Assembly: GCA_023263555.1 (NCBI GenBank)
Contig: JALQVX010000207.1
Span: forward strand, 1 to 46,568
Direction: 5' to 3'
Length of the DNA stretch: 46,568 bases
Source: Crocinitomix sp.
Lineage (GTDB): Bacteria; Bacteroidota; Bacteroidia; Flavobacteriales_D; Crocinitomicaceae
The notes beneath the pieces were generated by a model. It was not told the origin of the DNA. It made no database searches and worked only from the letters and a program-made list of their open reading frames with translations. Shown here piece after piece: positions 19,747-29,089 of this stretch (position 1 is the stretch's first letter; each line of letters begins with the position of its first letter). A program made the position numbers and the translations under genes.

Positions 19747-20436
19747 ATGAATACTACAGAAGAATTAATTAAACTATTTGAGCAAAAATTTGTTGCTCAT
19801 CCTTGGCACGGTGTTACAATAGGTGAAGACATGCCGTCTATGGTTCGTGCATATATCGAAATCAATCCGTCAGATCAGATTAAATATGAAATTGATAAAC
19901 CAAGCGGTCATATCTTAATTGATCGACCTCAAAAGTATTCCAATATCGTACCTGCACTATACGGCTTTGTACCTCAAACCTATTGTGATCAGAGAATTGC
20001 CGATTATTGTATGGCAAAATCTGGTAAAACAGGAATCGTTGGTGACGGTGATCCGTTGGATATTATTGTGCTTTCTGAGCGCACGATAGACAGAGGGAAT
20101 ATCTTTGTTGATTGCATTCCTGTAGGTGGATTTAGAATGATTGATGGTGGTGAAGCTGATGATAAAATTATTGCGGTTTTAAAGGACGATCAAGCTTATG
20201 GTGATATTCGCAATATCGAGGATATTCCATCAAAAGTATTAGATCGTGTAAAACATTTTTTCTTGACGTATAAAGAAAATCCAAATGGGGATGGTTCTGA
20301 TAAAACGGTTGAAATTACGCATACTTATGGGCGAGACGAGGCACTTGAGGTGATACGACTCAGTCATCAAGATTATACAGCCATTTATGGAGATGTCAAT
20401 AAAAAATTTGCTGACGCTTTGTCAAAGTTAGCTTAG
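19747..20436 (+). CDS. ppa: Family I soluble inorganic pyrophosphatase
   Basis: AHPWHG, KYEIDK, YGFVPQT, DGDPLDI, DGGEADDKI. Confidence 0.95.
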   Translation: MNTTEELIKLFEQKFVAHPWHGVTIGEDMPSMVRAYIEINPSDQIKYEIDKPSGHILIDRPQKYSNIVPALYGFVPQTYCDQRIADYCMAKSGKTGIVGDGDPLDIIVLSERTIDRGNIFVDCIPVGGFRMIDGGEADDKIIAVLKDDQAYGDIRNIEDIPSKVLDRVKHFFLTYKENPNGDGSDKTVEITHTYGRDEALEVIRLSHQDYTAIYGDVNKKFADALSKLA

Positions 20437-20453
20437 GGATTTCATAACGAAAA

Positions 20454-20480
20454 AAAAGGTTGGCTAATAGTCAACCTTTT
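20454..20480 (+). terminator. Intrinsic terminator after ppa
   Basis: AAAAGGTTGGCT-aat-AGTCAACCTTTT hairpin. Confidence 0.7.
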
Positions 20481-20560
20481 CGTGTTTTATTTCGTTACCC
20501 TTCTGATAGGAAACCAAAGGTTATGGACGTTTTACGTTGTTTTATTTCCTAAAGATTGAG

Positions 20561-20568
20561 TATATTTG
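20561..20568 (+). promoter_or_regulatory. Bacteroidota -7 promoter element (TATATTTG)
   Basis: Consensus match about 130 nt upstream of the T9SS cargo gene. Confidence 0.5.
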
Positions 20569-20699
20569 CGGTCATTAAATTAGGGATGGCGGCAAGGGCT
20601 GAATGAAGCCCAAATTTACAGGTAGTCGAAGCCCAAAGGATGGCGGAGTAAATTGCAGGTGTGAGTTTGTATAGATTACATAGTGAAAAAAAAGAGTAG

Positions 20700-23141
20700 A
20701 TGAAAAAATATTTAATACTTACCTTTCTATTAACCATTTTAGTTGGTGTTCAAGATGCGAACGGACAGGTAGTCGTGTATTCGGAAGATTTTGAAGGTGT
20801 GCTTTCGTGGACAATAAATACGGATTTAGTGGCTGAGGGAGCAAATCCAAATCAATGGTATATTTCGTGTGAAGAAGAAGGTGTTGGAGCTGGAGCATGC
20901 GGCACTGCCTGTGGTGCAGGAGATAATACCTTACATGTTGGTCCCAACATAGTGGCTGGAGATTTGGGTGCGGCTTACGCTGAAACGGGATTGGGTTTCA
21001 CGACCTCTAATCGAAGAGCTGAATCTGGAGACATTAACACAGTAGGAGACGTTGATCTAACCCTGAATTTCGATATGATCGGAATGGGTGGAGGAACAGA
21101 TTTTACAGAAGTTTTTTATAGTATTGATGGTGGAGTTTCGTGGGTGTCTATTGACGCGCCTTTAACGACACTTTGTTGTGGTGGTGTTCCTTGCACTGGA
21201 GCGGAGCAAGGACTGTGGGCGACGAAAACATATGCACTTCCCCCTGCGTGTGAAGGGATTACAAACCTAAGAATTAGTTTTGTTTGGAAAAATGTGGATG
21301 ATGGTGTAGCCACAGATCCTTCTTTTGCCGTTGATAATATTACGATTACTAAACCAGTAGTTGTTGTTCCAGGCGGACCAACTGCTTTATTTGATCCAGA
21401 AGACATTACGATTTGTCAAGGAGAATCTATCACATATACAGATATGAGTATCACGGGAGATGTGATCACGGATTGGAGTTGGGTCTTTGGTGGTGGAGCT
21501 CCTGGAGCAGCGCTAACAGTTGGTCCTCATTTAGTAACCTATACAACTCCAGGGGTTTATACCACAAGTTTGACTGTTACGGATGGAATCGGATCGCATG
21601 ATACATCTTTTACGGTTACTGTTTTGGATGGTCCATATGCGGGCATTTCTAGTTCTTATGACTTATGTGAAGACGCAACAATAGATTTGAATACCCTTCT
21701 TCCTGGCGCTGATGCTGGAGGATCATGGACGGAAACAAGTGGAGTGCCAAGTGGTGGTTTTACCCCTGGTACGGGAGTATTAGATGCTACTGGACTCCTT
21801 GCAGGAAGTGTGTACACATTTGATTATGAAACCTTGCCTGGTATTGCACCTTGTCCGGGAACAGATGTTGCAACTGTGACAATTAATATCGTTGAATGCG
21901 GACCGTTATTTGCCTCTTTCACGCCATCTGCTCCTTTTGTGTGTCAAGATGGTTGTCTTACATTCGCTGATGAAAGCACTGGCACCGGTATTGTTGGTTA
22001 TGTTTGGTCTTTTTCTGATGCTGCAATTGGTGGGCCTATTGCTGGTGCTGATCCAGGTACAGTTTGTTTTCCTACCCCAGGAACGGTTGATGTGACTTTA
22101 ACGATAACTGATGGTGTTTTAACGGATGATACAACAATTACAATTACGGTGAATCCACTGCCAACTGTTACGGCAACTGCAAGTGCGACTACTATTTGTG
22201 TCGGAGGTTCTGTAACGTTAACTGGTACAGGGGATGCCACAGGTTATGTTTGGGATGGTGGAGCAACAGACGGTGTAGCCATAACCTTAGATGCAACTAC
22301 AACTTTTACGGTTACTGGTGTAAATGCCTTTGGTTGTGAAAGCACAGATGAAATTACGATTAATGTGGTGCCATGCGAAGCGCTCGTAGCTGGGTTTAGA
22401 TTTGATGATATTGTTTGTGTGGGTGATTGCCGAACGTTTACAGACACATCTCTCGGTGACCCTATAACATGGTTATGGGATTTTGCTGGAGCCGTCGATC
22501 CTCCAACTTCTGCGGAGCAAAATCCAACAGTATGTTTTGATACACCTGGAATATATGATATTCAATTGACGGTTACGAATGCCATTGGAGAAAGTTCTTC
22601 GACTACGAATTCTATCACAATCTATGATTCACCGACAGTAAGTGCTGCTATGGATACAATCATAGATTTAGGAGATAATGCACTTTTGATTGCAACAGGA
22701 AGTATACCGAGTGGATCTTATGTTTGGTCACCTGATGATTATGTGGATTGTGAAGCATGTCCAATTACCTCGACTAGTCCACCTGAAAACATGACGTATG
22801 TTGTTACCCTTACTGATGTGAATGGTTGTACTGGTACTGATTCTGTTCTCGTCTATGTCAACTTTATAGAGGCGGTAGGTGTCGCAGATGCTTTCTCTCC
22901 AAACGGTGATGGCACCAATGATGTGTTATATGTAAAAGGCTATGGTTTGGATGCTATTTCTTTCCAAATCTACAACAAGTACGGTGAAAAAGTATTTGAA
23001 ACACAAACACAAGATATTGGTTGGGACGGAACGTTTAGAAATCGCGAACAGAATCCTGGTGTATTCACGTGGGTGTTGGAGTATCAATTTATTAATGGCA
23101 ATGGTGGAGTCTTAAAAGGAACCACTACCTTAGTTCGATAA
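20700..23141 (+). CDS. T9SS type-B CTD (gliding-motility C-terminal domain) surface protein with PKD/Ig-like repeats
   Basis: Signal peptide; three PKD-like units (W.W.F...P...Y/F.TPG.Y...LTVT); CTD AFSPNGDGTND...IYNKYGEKVF...WDG...PGVF...GTTTLVR. Confidence 0.92.
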   Translation: MKKYLILTFLLTILVGVQDANGQVVVYSEDFEGVLSWTINTDLVAEGANPNQWYISCEEEGVGAGACGTACGAGDNTLHVGPNIVAGDLGAAYAETGLGFTTSNRRAESGDINTVGDVDLTLNFDMIGMGGGTDFTEVFYSIDGGVSWVSIDAPLTTLCCGGVPCTGAEQGLWATKTYALPPACEGITNLRISFVWKNVDDGVATDPSFAVDNITITKPVVVVPGGPTALFDPEDITICQGESITYTDMSITGDVITDWSWVFGGGAPGAALTVGPHLVTYTTPGVYTTSLTVTDGIGSHDTSFTVTVLDGPYAGISSSYDLCEDATIDLNTLLPGADAGGSWTETSGVPSGGFTPGTGVLDATGLLAGSVYTFDYETLPGIAPCPGTDVATVTINIVECGPLFASFTPSAPFVCQDGCLTFADESTGTGIVGYVWSFSDAAIGGPIAGADPGTVCFPTPGTVDVTLTITDGVLTDDTTITITVNPLPTVTATASATTICVGGSVTLTGTGDATGYVWDGGATDGVAITLDATTTFTVTGVNAFGCESTDEITINVVPCEALVAGFRFDDIVCVGDCRTFTDTSLGDPITWLWDFAGAVDPPTSAEQNPTVCFDTPGIYDIQLTVTNAIGESSSTTNSITIYDSPTVSAAMDTIIDLGDNALLIATGSIPSGSYVWSPDDYVDCEACPITSTSPPENMTYVVTLTDVNGCTGTDSVLVYVNFIEAVGVADAFSPNGDGTNDVLYVKGYGLDAISFQIYNKYGEKVFETQTQDIGWDGTFRNREQNPGVFTWVLEYQFINGNGGVLKGTTTLVR

Positions 23142-23144
23142 GCA

Positions 23145-24167
23145 ATGAAAAAGAGAGTTACTTTATTAACACTTGCGTTAACTTCATTGTTAACAGTATT
23201 CGGTCAACAAGATCAGCATTTCAGTATGTTTACTGAATCCCCCGTTTATATCAATCCGGCAACTGCGGGCTTTACACGGGGTGATTTGCAGTTGTTCACG
23301 AACTACCGTTTACAATGGAGCACAGTTTCGGATAATCCGTATCGCACAATTTCTGCAAGTGCCGATTGGCGAATGTTTGATTACGGTGCAAGTCGTATGG
23401 GGGCTGGTATTAATTTTTATAACGACGTTGCTGGTGTAACGCGTTACCAAACGAATGTGATTGCTTTACCGATCAATTATACGCTCATGTTAGATCGTAA
23501 GAATTTCTTGGCTTTTGGTATTCAACCTGCTTTTTATCAAAGGGTTATTGGAACGGATCAAGTGAATTGGGAAAACCAATGGAACGGAACGGCCTTTGAT
23601 CAGAGTATCAATAACAACGAACTCTTGCTCAATCAAAACTTAAATGTTAGCCGATTTGACATTGGAATTGGAGCATATTGGGAAGGTTTTGCGAGTGAAA
23701 ATACTAAATTAAAGTTCGGAATTTCAGGTCAACATTTAACGAAACAACGGATCAATTTCACTTCTGAAGATACCAAATTATACCGTAAATTGAATATTCA
23801 TGGTCAAGGGGAATTTAGAAATGAAGAAACCGGAGTAACGATTATGCCTGCCTTCGTTGCTTTTCTGCAAGGGCCAAATAAAGAAATTACGTTTGGGTCT
23901 AATTTTAAGTTTTTATTAAAAGGCGCTTCTCGATCAACAAGTTATTTTGATGAGGTTACTTTGTCTTTTGGAACCTACTTTAGATGGGGTGATGCGATTA
24001 TCGTAAACACCATTTTTGATTTTGCTGGATTCAGTATAGGAGCCGCTTATGATCTTAACGTTTCTAGTTTGTCTGTGGCTTCTAAAGGAATGGGGGCTAT
24101 GGAATTTTTCTTAAAGTATCGCATTCAATTTGGTACACGAAACCTTCGAAATAACAGAGTTCATTAG
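23145..24167 (+). CDS. PorP/SprF-family T9SS membrane protein
   Basis: QDQHFSMF...NPA.AG, NYR.QW, G.AYD...S.L...G..E; lies directly downstream of its type-B cargo. Confidence 0.92.
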   Translation: MKKRVTLLTLALTSLLTVFGQQDQHFSMFTESPVYINPATAGFTRGDLQLFTNYRLQWSTVSDNPYRTISASADWRMFDYGASRMGAGINFYNDVAGVTRYQTNVIALPINYTLMLDRKNFLAFGIQPAFYQRVIGTDQVNWENQWNGTAFDQSINNNELLLNQNLNVSRFDIGIGAYWEGFASENTKLKFGISGQHLTKQRINFTSEDTKLYRKLNIHGQGEFRNEETGVTIMPAFVAFLQGPNKEITFGSNFKFLLKGASRSTSYFDEVTLSFGTYFRWGDAIIVNTIFDFAGFSIGAAYDLNVSSLSVASKGMGAMEFFLKYRIQFGTRNLRNNRVH

Positions 24168-24178
24168 TCACACGATTA

Positions 24179-24721
24179 ATGGCTTGTTCAGTTTTTCCGA
24201 TTCTCAAAACGGACCGTTTAATACTGCGTGATTTAACACGAGATGATTGGGAAGAGATTTTATTTTTACGATCGGACCCCAGGATTAATTCGTTCATCAA
24301 AAGACCGCCTGAAAGACAAACGAATACAAAAGACCAAGCGTTTGAATTTATTGAACGGATCAATGGCGAAAGAAATACACACGAGTGGTTTTATTGGTGT
24401 ATTACACGCAAGGAGGATCCAACGACAATCGGAACAATTTGCCTTTGGAATTTTGATGCTGATAGTGAAACGGCTGAACTTGGATATGATTTGAATCCAG
24501 AATTTCAAGGCCAAGGACTGATGTCAGAAGCGCTTGAAATAGTCATTAAATTTGGTTTTCGTGAACTGCATAAATTACAAGTCGAAGCATTTACGCACAA
24601 ACATAATATACGTTCCATTCGCTTATTGAATCGACATGGATTCAAAGAAAATACAGTGCGAAAGGATCCATTTAATCCTGACAATAGGATCTTTGAAAGA
24701 TCGAAAAATGAATTGGCCTAG
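24179..24721 (+). CDS. GNAT N-acetyltransferase (RimJ/RimL family)
   Basis: FP.L.TDRL.LR, AELGY.L.P..QGQGLMSEAL, N..S..LL...GF. Confidence 0.88.
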   Translation: MACSVFPILKTDRLILRDLTRDDWEEILFLRSDPRINSFIKRPPERQTNTKDQAFEFIERINGERNTHEWFYWCITRKEDPTTIGTICLWNFDADSETAELGYDLNPEFQGQGLMSEALEIVIKFGFRELHKLQVEAFTHKHNIRSIRLLNRHGFKENTVRKDPFNPDNRIFERSKNELA

Positions 24722-24788
24722 CACGGCTTATTTTCGACTTGTCGAATGAACTTCAATTTTTCTCTTGATTCTTTCAAATTCTTATCCG

Positions 24789-24796
24789 TACATTTG
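24789..24796 (+). promoter_or_regulatory. Bacteroidota -7 promoter element (TACATTTG) for dusB
   Basis: Consensus match. Confidence 0.55.
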
Positions 24797-24804
24797 CACT
24801 CGAA

Positions 24805-25809
24805 ATGGGTGTTAAAATAAGAAATATTGATTTAGGTGATTTCCCGCTATTACTTGCTCCAATGGAGGATGTAAGTGATCCACCTTTTAGAGCTTTGTGC
24901 AAACAGCATGGCGCAGATTTGATGTACACCGAATTTATTTCTTCTGAAGGATTGATTCGTGATGCGGCTAAATCTGTTCAAAAATTGGACATCTATGAAT
25001 ACGAACGTCCAATCGGAATTCAAATCTTTGGACATGATATAGACTCAATGATTCGTACTACAGAAATTGTGGAACAAACGAATCCTGACATCATTGATAT
25101 CAATTACGGTTGTCCGGTTAAGAAAGTAGCCTGTAAAGGCGCTGGTGCCGGTATCTTGCAAGACATTCCTAAGATGGTTGAGATGACGAAAAAGATTGTA
25201 GAGACGACTCATCTGCCTGTCACAGTTAAAACGCGCCTAGGTTGGGATGATTCTACAAAATACATTGTTGAGGTGGCAGAGCGTCTTCAGGATGTGGGGA
25301 TTGAGGCCATCTCTATTCATGGAAGAACGAGGAAGCAGATGTATAAAGGCGAAGCCGACTGGGATTTAATTCGTGAGGTTAAGAATAATCCACGTATGCG
25401 CATTCCTGTTTTTGGGAATGGGGATATTACGAGTCCAGAAAAAGCGGTTGAATATCGCGACAAATACAATGTTGATGGTGTAATGATTGGTCGCGCATCC
25501 ATTGGTTATCCTTGGATTTTTAATGAGATCAAACATTTTATCAAGACAAGTGAACATTTGCCACTTCCCACGCTAAAACAACGCGTAGAGGCGGCAAAAG
25601 AGCATTTGCGAATGTCTGTTGAATGGAAGAATGAGATTTTGGCAATCAATGAAATGAAACGTCATTATTCAAATTATTTCAAAGGTATTCCCGATTTTAA
25701 GGATTACAGAACACGGCTCGTAACCTCAATGGACTTGAGAGAGATTTACCAGACCTTAGATGAAATCTCAGATAAGTTTGACGGTGTCTATCAAACCATG
25801 AAGGTTTAA
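24805..25809 (+). CDS. dusB: tRNA-dihydrouridine synthase B
   Basis: LAPM, DINYGCPV, TVKTRLG, IHGRT, GNGDI, GVMIGR. Confidence 0.95.
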   Translation: MGVKIRNIDLGDFPLLLAPMEDVSDPPFRALCKQHGADLMYTEFISSEGLIRDAAKSVQKLDIYEYERPIGIQIFGHDIDSMIRTTEIVEQTNPDIIDINYGCPVKKVACKGAGAGILQDIPKMVEMTKKIVETTHLPVTVKTRLGWDDSTKYIVEVAERLQDVGIEAISIHGRTRKQMYKGEADWDLIREVKNNPRMRIPVFGNGDITSPEKAVEYRDKYNVDGVMIGRASIGYPWIFNEIKHFIKTSEHLPLPTLKQRVEAAKEHLRMSVEWKNEILAINEMKRHYSNYFKGIPDFKDYRTRLVTSMDLREIYQTLDEISDKFDGVYQTMKV

Positions 25810-26714
25810 AAGTAAAACGGTCGAAAAGCAAGTTTCCCCTGCGAATATTCGACTGCAGGAAATGGAACTTTTAAACAGTTTAGTCCTCGAAAAAGAATTT
25901 GCAACGCACGTGAATTTGTATGGATCTTCTCAAAATCAACATCCAGAGAAATAAAATATTGTCGATAAGGGGTAAAAACGGTTTGTTGTGATCCATTTGT
26001 TAGAACATAAGATCCTCCGTCACCGATTAATTGATTGTTAATGCTGTAACCCAATGATATATTAAACCATTCAGGAAGAAAAGATTCGTTTTTTGTCCAA
26101 TTGAAAGGATTAAAACTGAGCCAATAGGTCTGACCATTATAGTCTTTTAATGTGCGACTGGGAAAATCATTTCCTAAAACAGAAGGTCTATACTGCGCTA
26201 AACCTGATTCATGAAAAGAAAACTTTAAGTTAACCCTTCGTTCATTCCAAAAATAGGTTTGTATCGTCGAAGAGGCTGCACCCGCAACATTAAACGAAAT
26301 GTCCGACCATGAAAACCCCCACTCCGTATTATAAGCGTCCAAAAATTCAAAACTAGTCATGTAGGCAATGCTATATGCGCCTCCAATTAGTGCAGCTTTT
26401 CTCGGTTTAACCCCCGACCATTGATAGAAATCACTGATGAGTGTAGAGAAGTGAAAAGAGGTATAAAAATGACCAAGTTTATCCATTTGCCCCCATTCAT
26501 GACTGTCGTCAAAAAAGTGAAAGGGGCTTTTATCAAAATCATCATACCACACATATTTTAGAGCCAAGATAGATCCTACACCCAATCCCACGCTACTAGC
26601 ACTTACTCCTATCACACGGTTTTTGTGCAATGAATCAGCCCTGTACATAAATCCCTGCCCCAGAATTGATCTCGAACAAACAAGTAAAATCAGTAATAAA
26701 GGCCATCTTTTCAT
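25806..26714 (-). CDS. DUF2279/YfiM-like membrane protein
   Basis: WY..F.FF.D..EW..MDKLGH, E..D....WGFS..D, DYNGQTYWLS. Confidence 0.75.
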   Translation of the reverse strand: MKRWPLLLILLVCSRSILGQGFMYRADSLHKNRVIGVSASSVGLGVGSILALKYVWYDDFDKSPFHFFDDSHEWGQMDKLGHFYTSFHFSTLISDFYQWSGVKPRKAALIGGAYSIAYMTSFEFLDAYNTEWGFSWSDISFNVAGAASSTIQTYFWNERRVNLKFSFHESGLAQYRPSVLGNDFPSRTLKDYNGQTYWLSFNPFNWTKNESFLPEWFNISLGYSINNQLIGDGGSYVLTNGSQQTVFTPYRQYFISLDVDFEKIHTNSRALQILFRGLNCLKVPFPAVEYSQGKLAFRPFYF

Positions 26715-26744
26715 CTCAATCTAAGTTACTTATTCTTCTCCTAT

Positions 26745-27812
26745 CTAAGTCATGTCAAAACCACTTAAATATTTAGGTTGTTTAATGATTTGCTCGATTT
26801 CTTCTTCTTCGAATGAATTGAATTTGGCGACAATTTTTACTTCATTATCGGTTTTCATTTGCTGAATAAATCCCCATTTAATCGGCAAACGTTCTAACGT
26901 AGTATTTTGGGTATCTGTCCAAATCAACAACGAGTGATGATTTGTCTCCGCCAAAACTCCCTCCAAAAGTTCCGTAATTAAATGTTCAAATCCATCTTTC
27001 CAAAAGAGACCTTCGGTAGCTAAAAATCGGTGATGTCTTGGGTTAATCAACTTTCGAATTCGCGGGATATAGGAGGCGTATCGGAGCATTATTTTCCCCA
27101 TTAAACCAGGTAAACTTTTAATGCGCCAATGTACAGGGTTGGCTTGAATGCCGCACACTATTTCTCCTTGATGTCTTAATACAAAATAGTTGTTCTCCTC
27201 GAACAGGTGAATAGGTGAGAAGAAATTAAAACGACGATAGAAGTGTTGAATAGCCTTTAGGACTTCTTGTTCGTCACTTTTCTTTAGTCGCTCAACATTT
27301 CTTTTTTTTGGATTGACGCGAGAGAAAGCTTTTGTTTTAAATGAGCCAATGGTGCGAAACCCGAAATTTTCATTCATATTAAACGAACGCGCATTTTCTG
27401 GATCGATAAAGGCCCAATACAGTTGTTTTTCGTACTTCGCTTGTTGCGGATTAAAATTACTGGTGTCAAAAAGCGATTGAAAATAGCGGTGAAAATAAGA
27501 TTGTCCACGACTCTTTGTCGTGCTTCCTTGAAAAAGCTGATCAAAGGCAAAATAGCGAATGTAAAGCGACGACGAAGTAGATTGATTGAGGCTAATTTCT
27601 CGCTCACAAATAGTCACCGTTCCGATTGCTTTTTGATTGCGCTCTAGATAGATAAAATGAGGCTTAGAGAGACGTCCAATTTTCTCACGTGTATCCAATA
27701 ATTGGTAGAGCGTTCCTTTCGTACCAATACAAGTTTGTTCCAGTAATTTTAAAACAGATTCAGGAGGAATGGTATCTTGTTTGATCAACCGATTAAACCG
27801 CTCCTCTAGCAT
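26745..27812 (-). CDS. Hypothetical protein with GNAT-like N-terminal half
   Basis: YIRYFAF strand and WAFIDPENARSF.MNENFGF..IG (GNAT motif-B-like); 355 aa. Confidence 0.55.
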   Translation of the reverse strand: MLEERFNRLIKQDTIPPESVLKLLEQTCIGTKGTLYQLLDTREKIGRLSKPHFIYLERNQKAIGTVTICEREISLNQSTSSSLYIRYFAFDQLFQGSTTKSRGQSYFHRYFQSLFDTSNFNPQQAKYEKQLYWAFIDPENARSFNMNENFGFRTIGSFKTKAFSRVNPKKRNVERLKKSDEQEVLKAIQHFYRRFNFFSPIHLFEENNYFVLRHQGEIVCGIQANPVHWRIKSLPGLMGKIMLRYASYIPRIRKLINPRHHRFLATEGLFWKDGFEHLITELLEGVLAETNHHSLLIWTDTQNTTLERLPIKWGFIQQMKTDNEVKIVAKFNSFEEEEIEQIIKQPKYLSGFDMT

Positions 27813-27820
27813 AGGAAATC

Positions 27821-28798
27821 CTACTTATACATCACTGATTTAACAGCAGCAATAATGCGCGCAACATTTGGTAAAGCCTCAGGCATTAAGCTCGGGCTAA
27901 ACGGAAATGGCGTATCCGACTGCATAACACGTGTTACAGGAGCATCTAAATAATCAAATGCATAATGTTGAACGTGGTAAGCAATTTCTGAAGCGATAGA
28001 TGCCAGCGGCCAAGACTCTTCTACAACGACTAAACGGTTTGTTTTTTTAACTGATTCAACAACTGCACCATAGTCAATTGGGCGAATGGTTCTTAAATCA
28101 ATAATTTCCACAGAAACACCTTCTTTTTCTAATTCTTCAGCAGCAGCATGTGCTTCTTTGATGATTTTTCCAAAACTCACGATTGTAACATCCGTTCCAA
28201 GACGTTTGATATCAGCTAGACCAATTGGAATGATGTATTCACCCTCAGGAACTTCGCCTTTATCGCCATACATTTTTTCCGATTCAAGAATCAAAACGGG
28301 ATCATTATCACGGATAGCCGATTTTAAAAGTCCTTTCGCATCATAAGGTGTAGACGGCGTTATCACCTTCAATCCCGGTACGTGTGCATAAAAGGATTCA
28401 AAACTTTGTGAATGGGTAGCACCTAACTGTCCGGCGGTACCATTTCCTCCTCTAAAAACAATAGGGCAACCAACTTGACCTCCAGACATTTGAAGCATTT
28501 TTGCGGCGCTATTGATAATTTGATCTGCAGCTAAAATCGCAAAGTTCCACGTCATAAACTCAACAATTGGACGCAAACCATTCATGGCCGCACCAACCGC
28601 AATTCCTGTAAAACCTAATTCGGCAATCGGCGTGTCAATGACACGTTTCGCACCAAATTCATCAAGCATCCCTTGAGATACTTTATAAGCTCCGTTGTAA
28701 TTTGCAACTTCTTCGCCTAATAAAAAGACGTTTTCGTCTTTTCTCATTTCCTCTGACATGGCTTCACGAAGCGCCTCTCTATACTGTAATGTTTTCAT
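27821..28798 (-). CDS. pdhB: Pyruvate dehydrogenase E1 beta subunit
   Basis: GEEVA.YNGAYKV, DTPIAE, EFMT.NF, HSQ, IDLRTIRP, YLDAP. Confidence 0.96.
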   Translation of the reverse strand: MKTLQYREALREAMSEEMRKDENVFLLGEEVANYNGAYKVSQGMLDEFGAKRVIDTPIAELGFTGIAVGAAMNGLRPIVEFMTWNFAILAADQIINSAAKMLQMSGGQVGCPIVFRGGNGTAGQLGATHSQSFESFYAHVPGLKVITPSTPYDAKGLLKSAIRDNDPVLILESEKMYGDKGEVPEGEYIIPIGLADIKRLGTDVTIVSFGKIIKEAHAAAEELEKEGVSVEIIDLRTIRPIDYGAVVESVKKTNRLVVVEESWPLASIASEIAYHVQHYAFDYLDAPVTRVMQSDTPFPFSPSLMPEALPNVARIIAAVKSVMYK

Positions 28799-28938
28799 TT
28801 ATTCTTTCATTTGTTTTTCAACTGTCATCAAAATCCTTGATACCGAGCGATTGGAAATTTAAGTCAGTGTCCGTTTTTCAACTTCTTCAAGTAATACCTT
28901 TGATTATGGTTTTGAAGTTGAAGCAATAAAATTTGCGT

Positions 28939-28946
28939 CAAATCTA
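28939..28946 (-). promoter_or_regulatory. Bacteroidota -7 promoter element (TAGATTTG) for pdhB
   Basis: Consensus match about 140 nt upstream of the start codon. Confidence 0.45.
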
Positions 28947-29089
28947 CAAAATATTGAACCGAAAATTGAAATTCTCAATAACTTTTTGAAAGCAATCAAA
29001 TTATTCGTAAAAAATATACGTCATCATCTTTATTTTTTCAAGGAATAGGACTATATTCGCAGATTCTAAAAATAAACACTGAGACAGAA

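Noticed and set aside
20581-20662. CRISPR array or known riboswitch in the T9SS gene leader
   Set aside because: The repeats are only 9-12 bp, irregular and without spacers, there are no cas genes, and I could not match a riboswitch consensus by eye.
27821-28798. pdhB lacking pdhA/pdhC neighbours
   Set aside because: A separate pdhB is ordinary in Bacteroidota.
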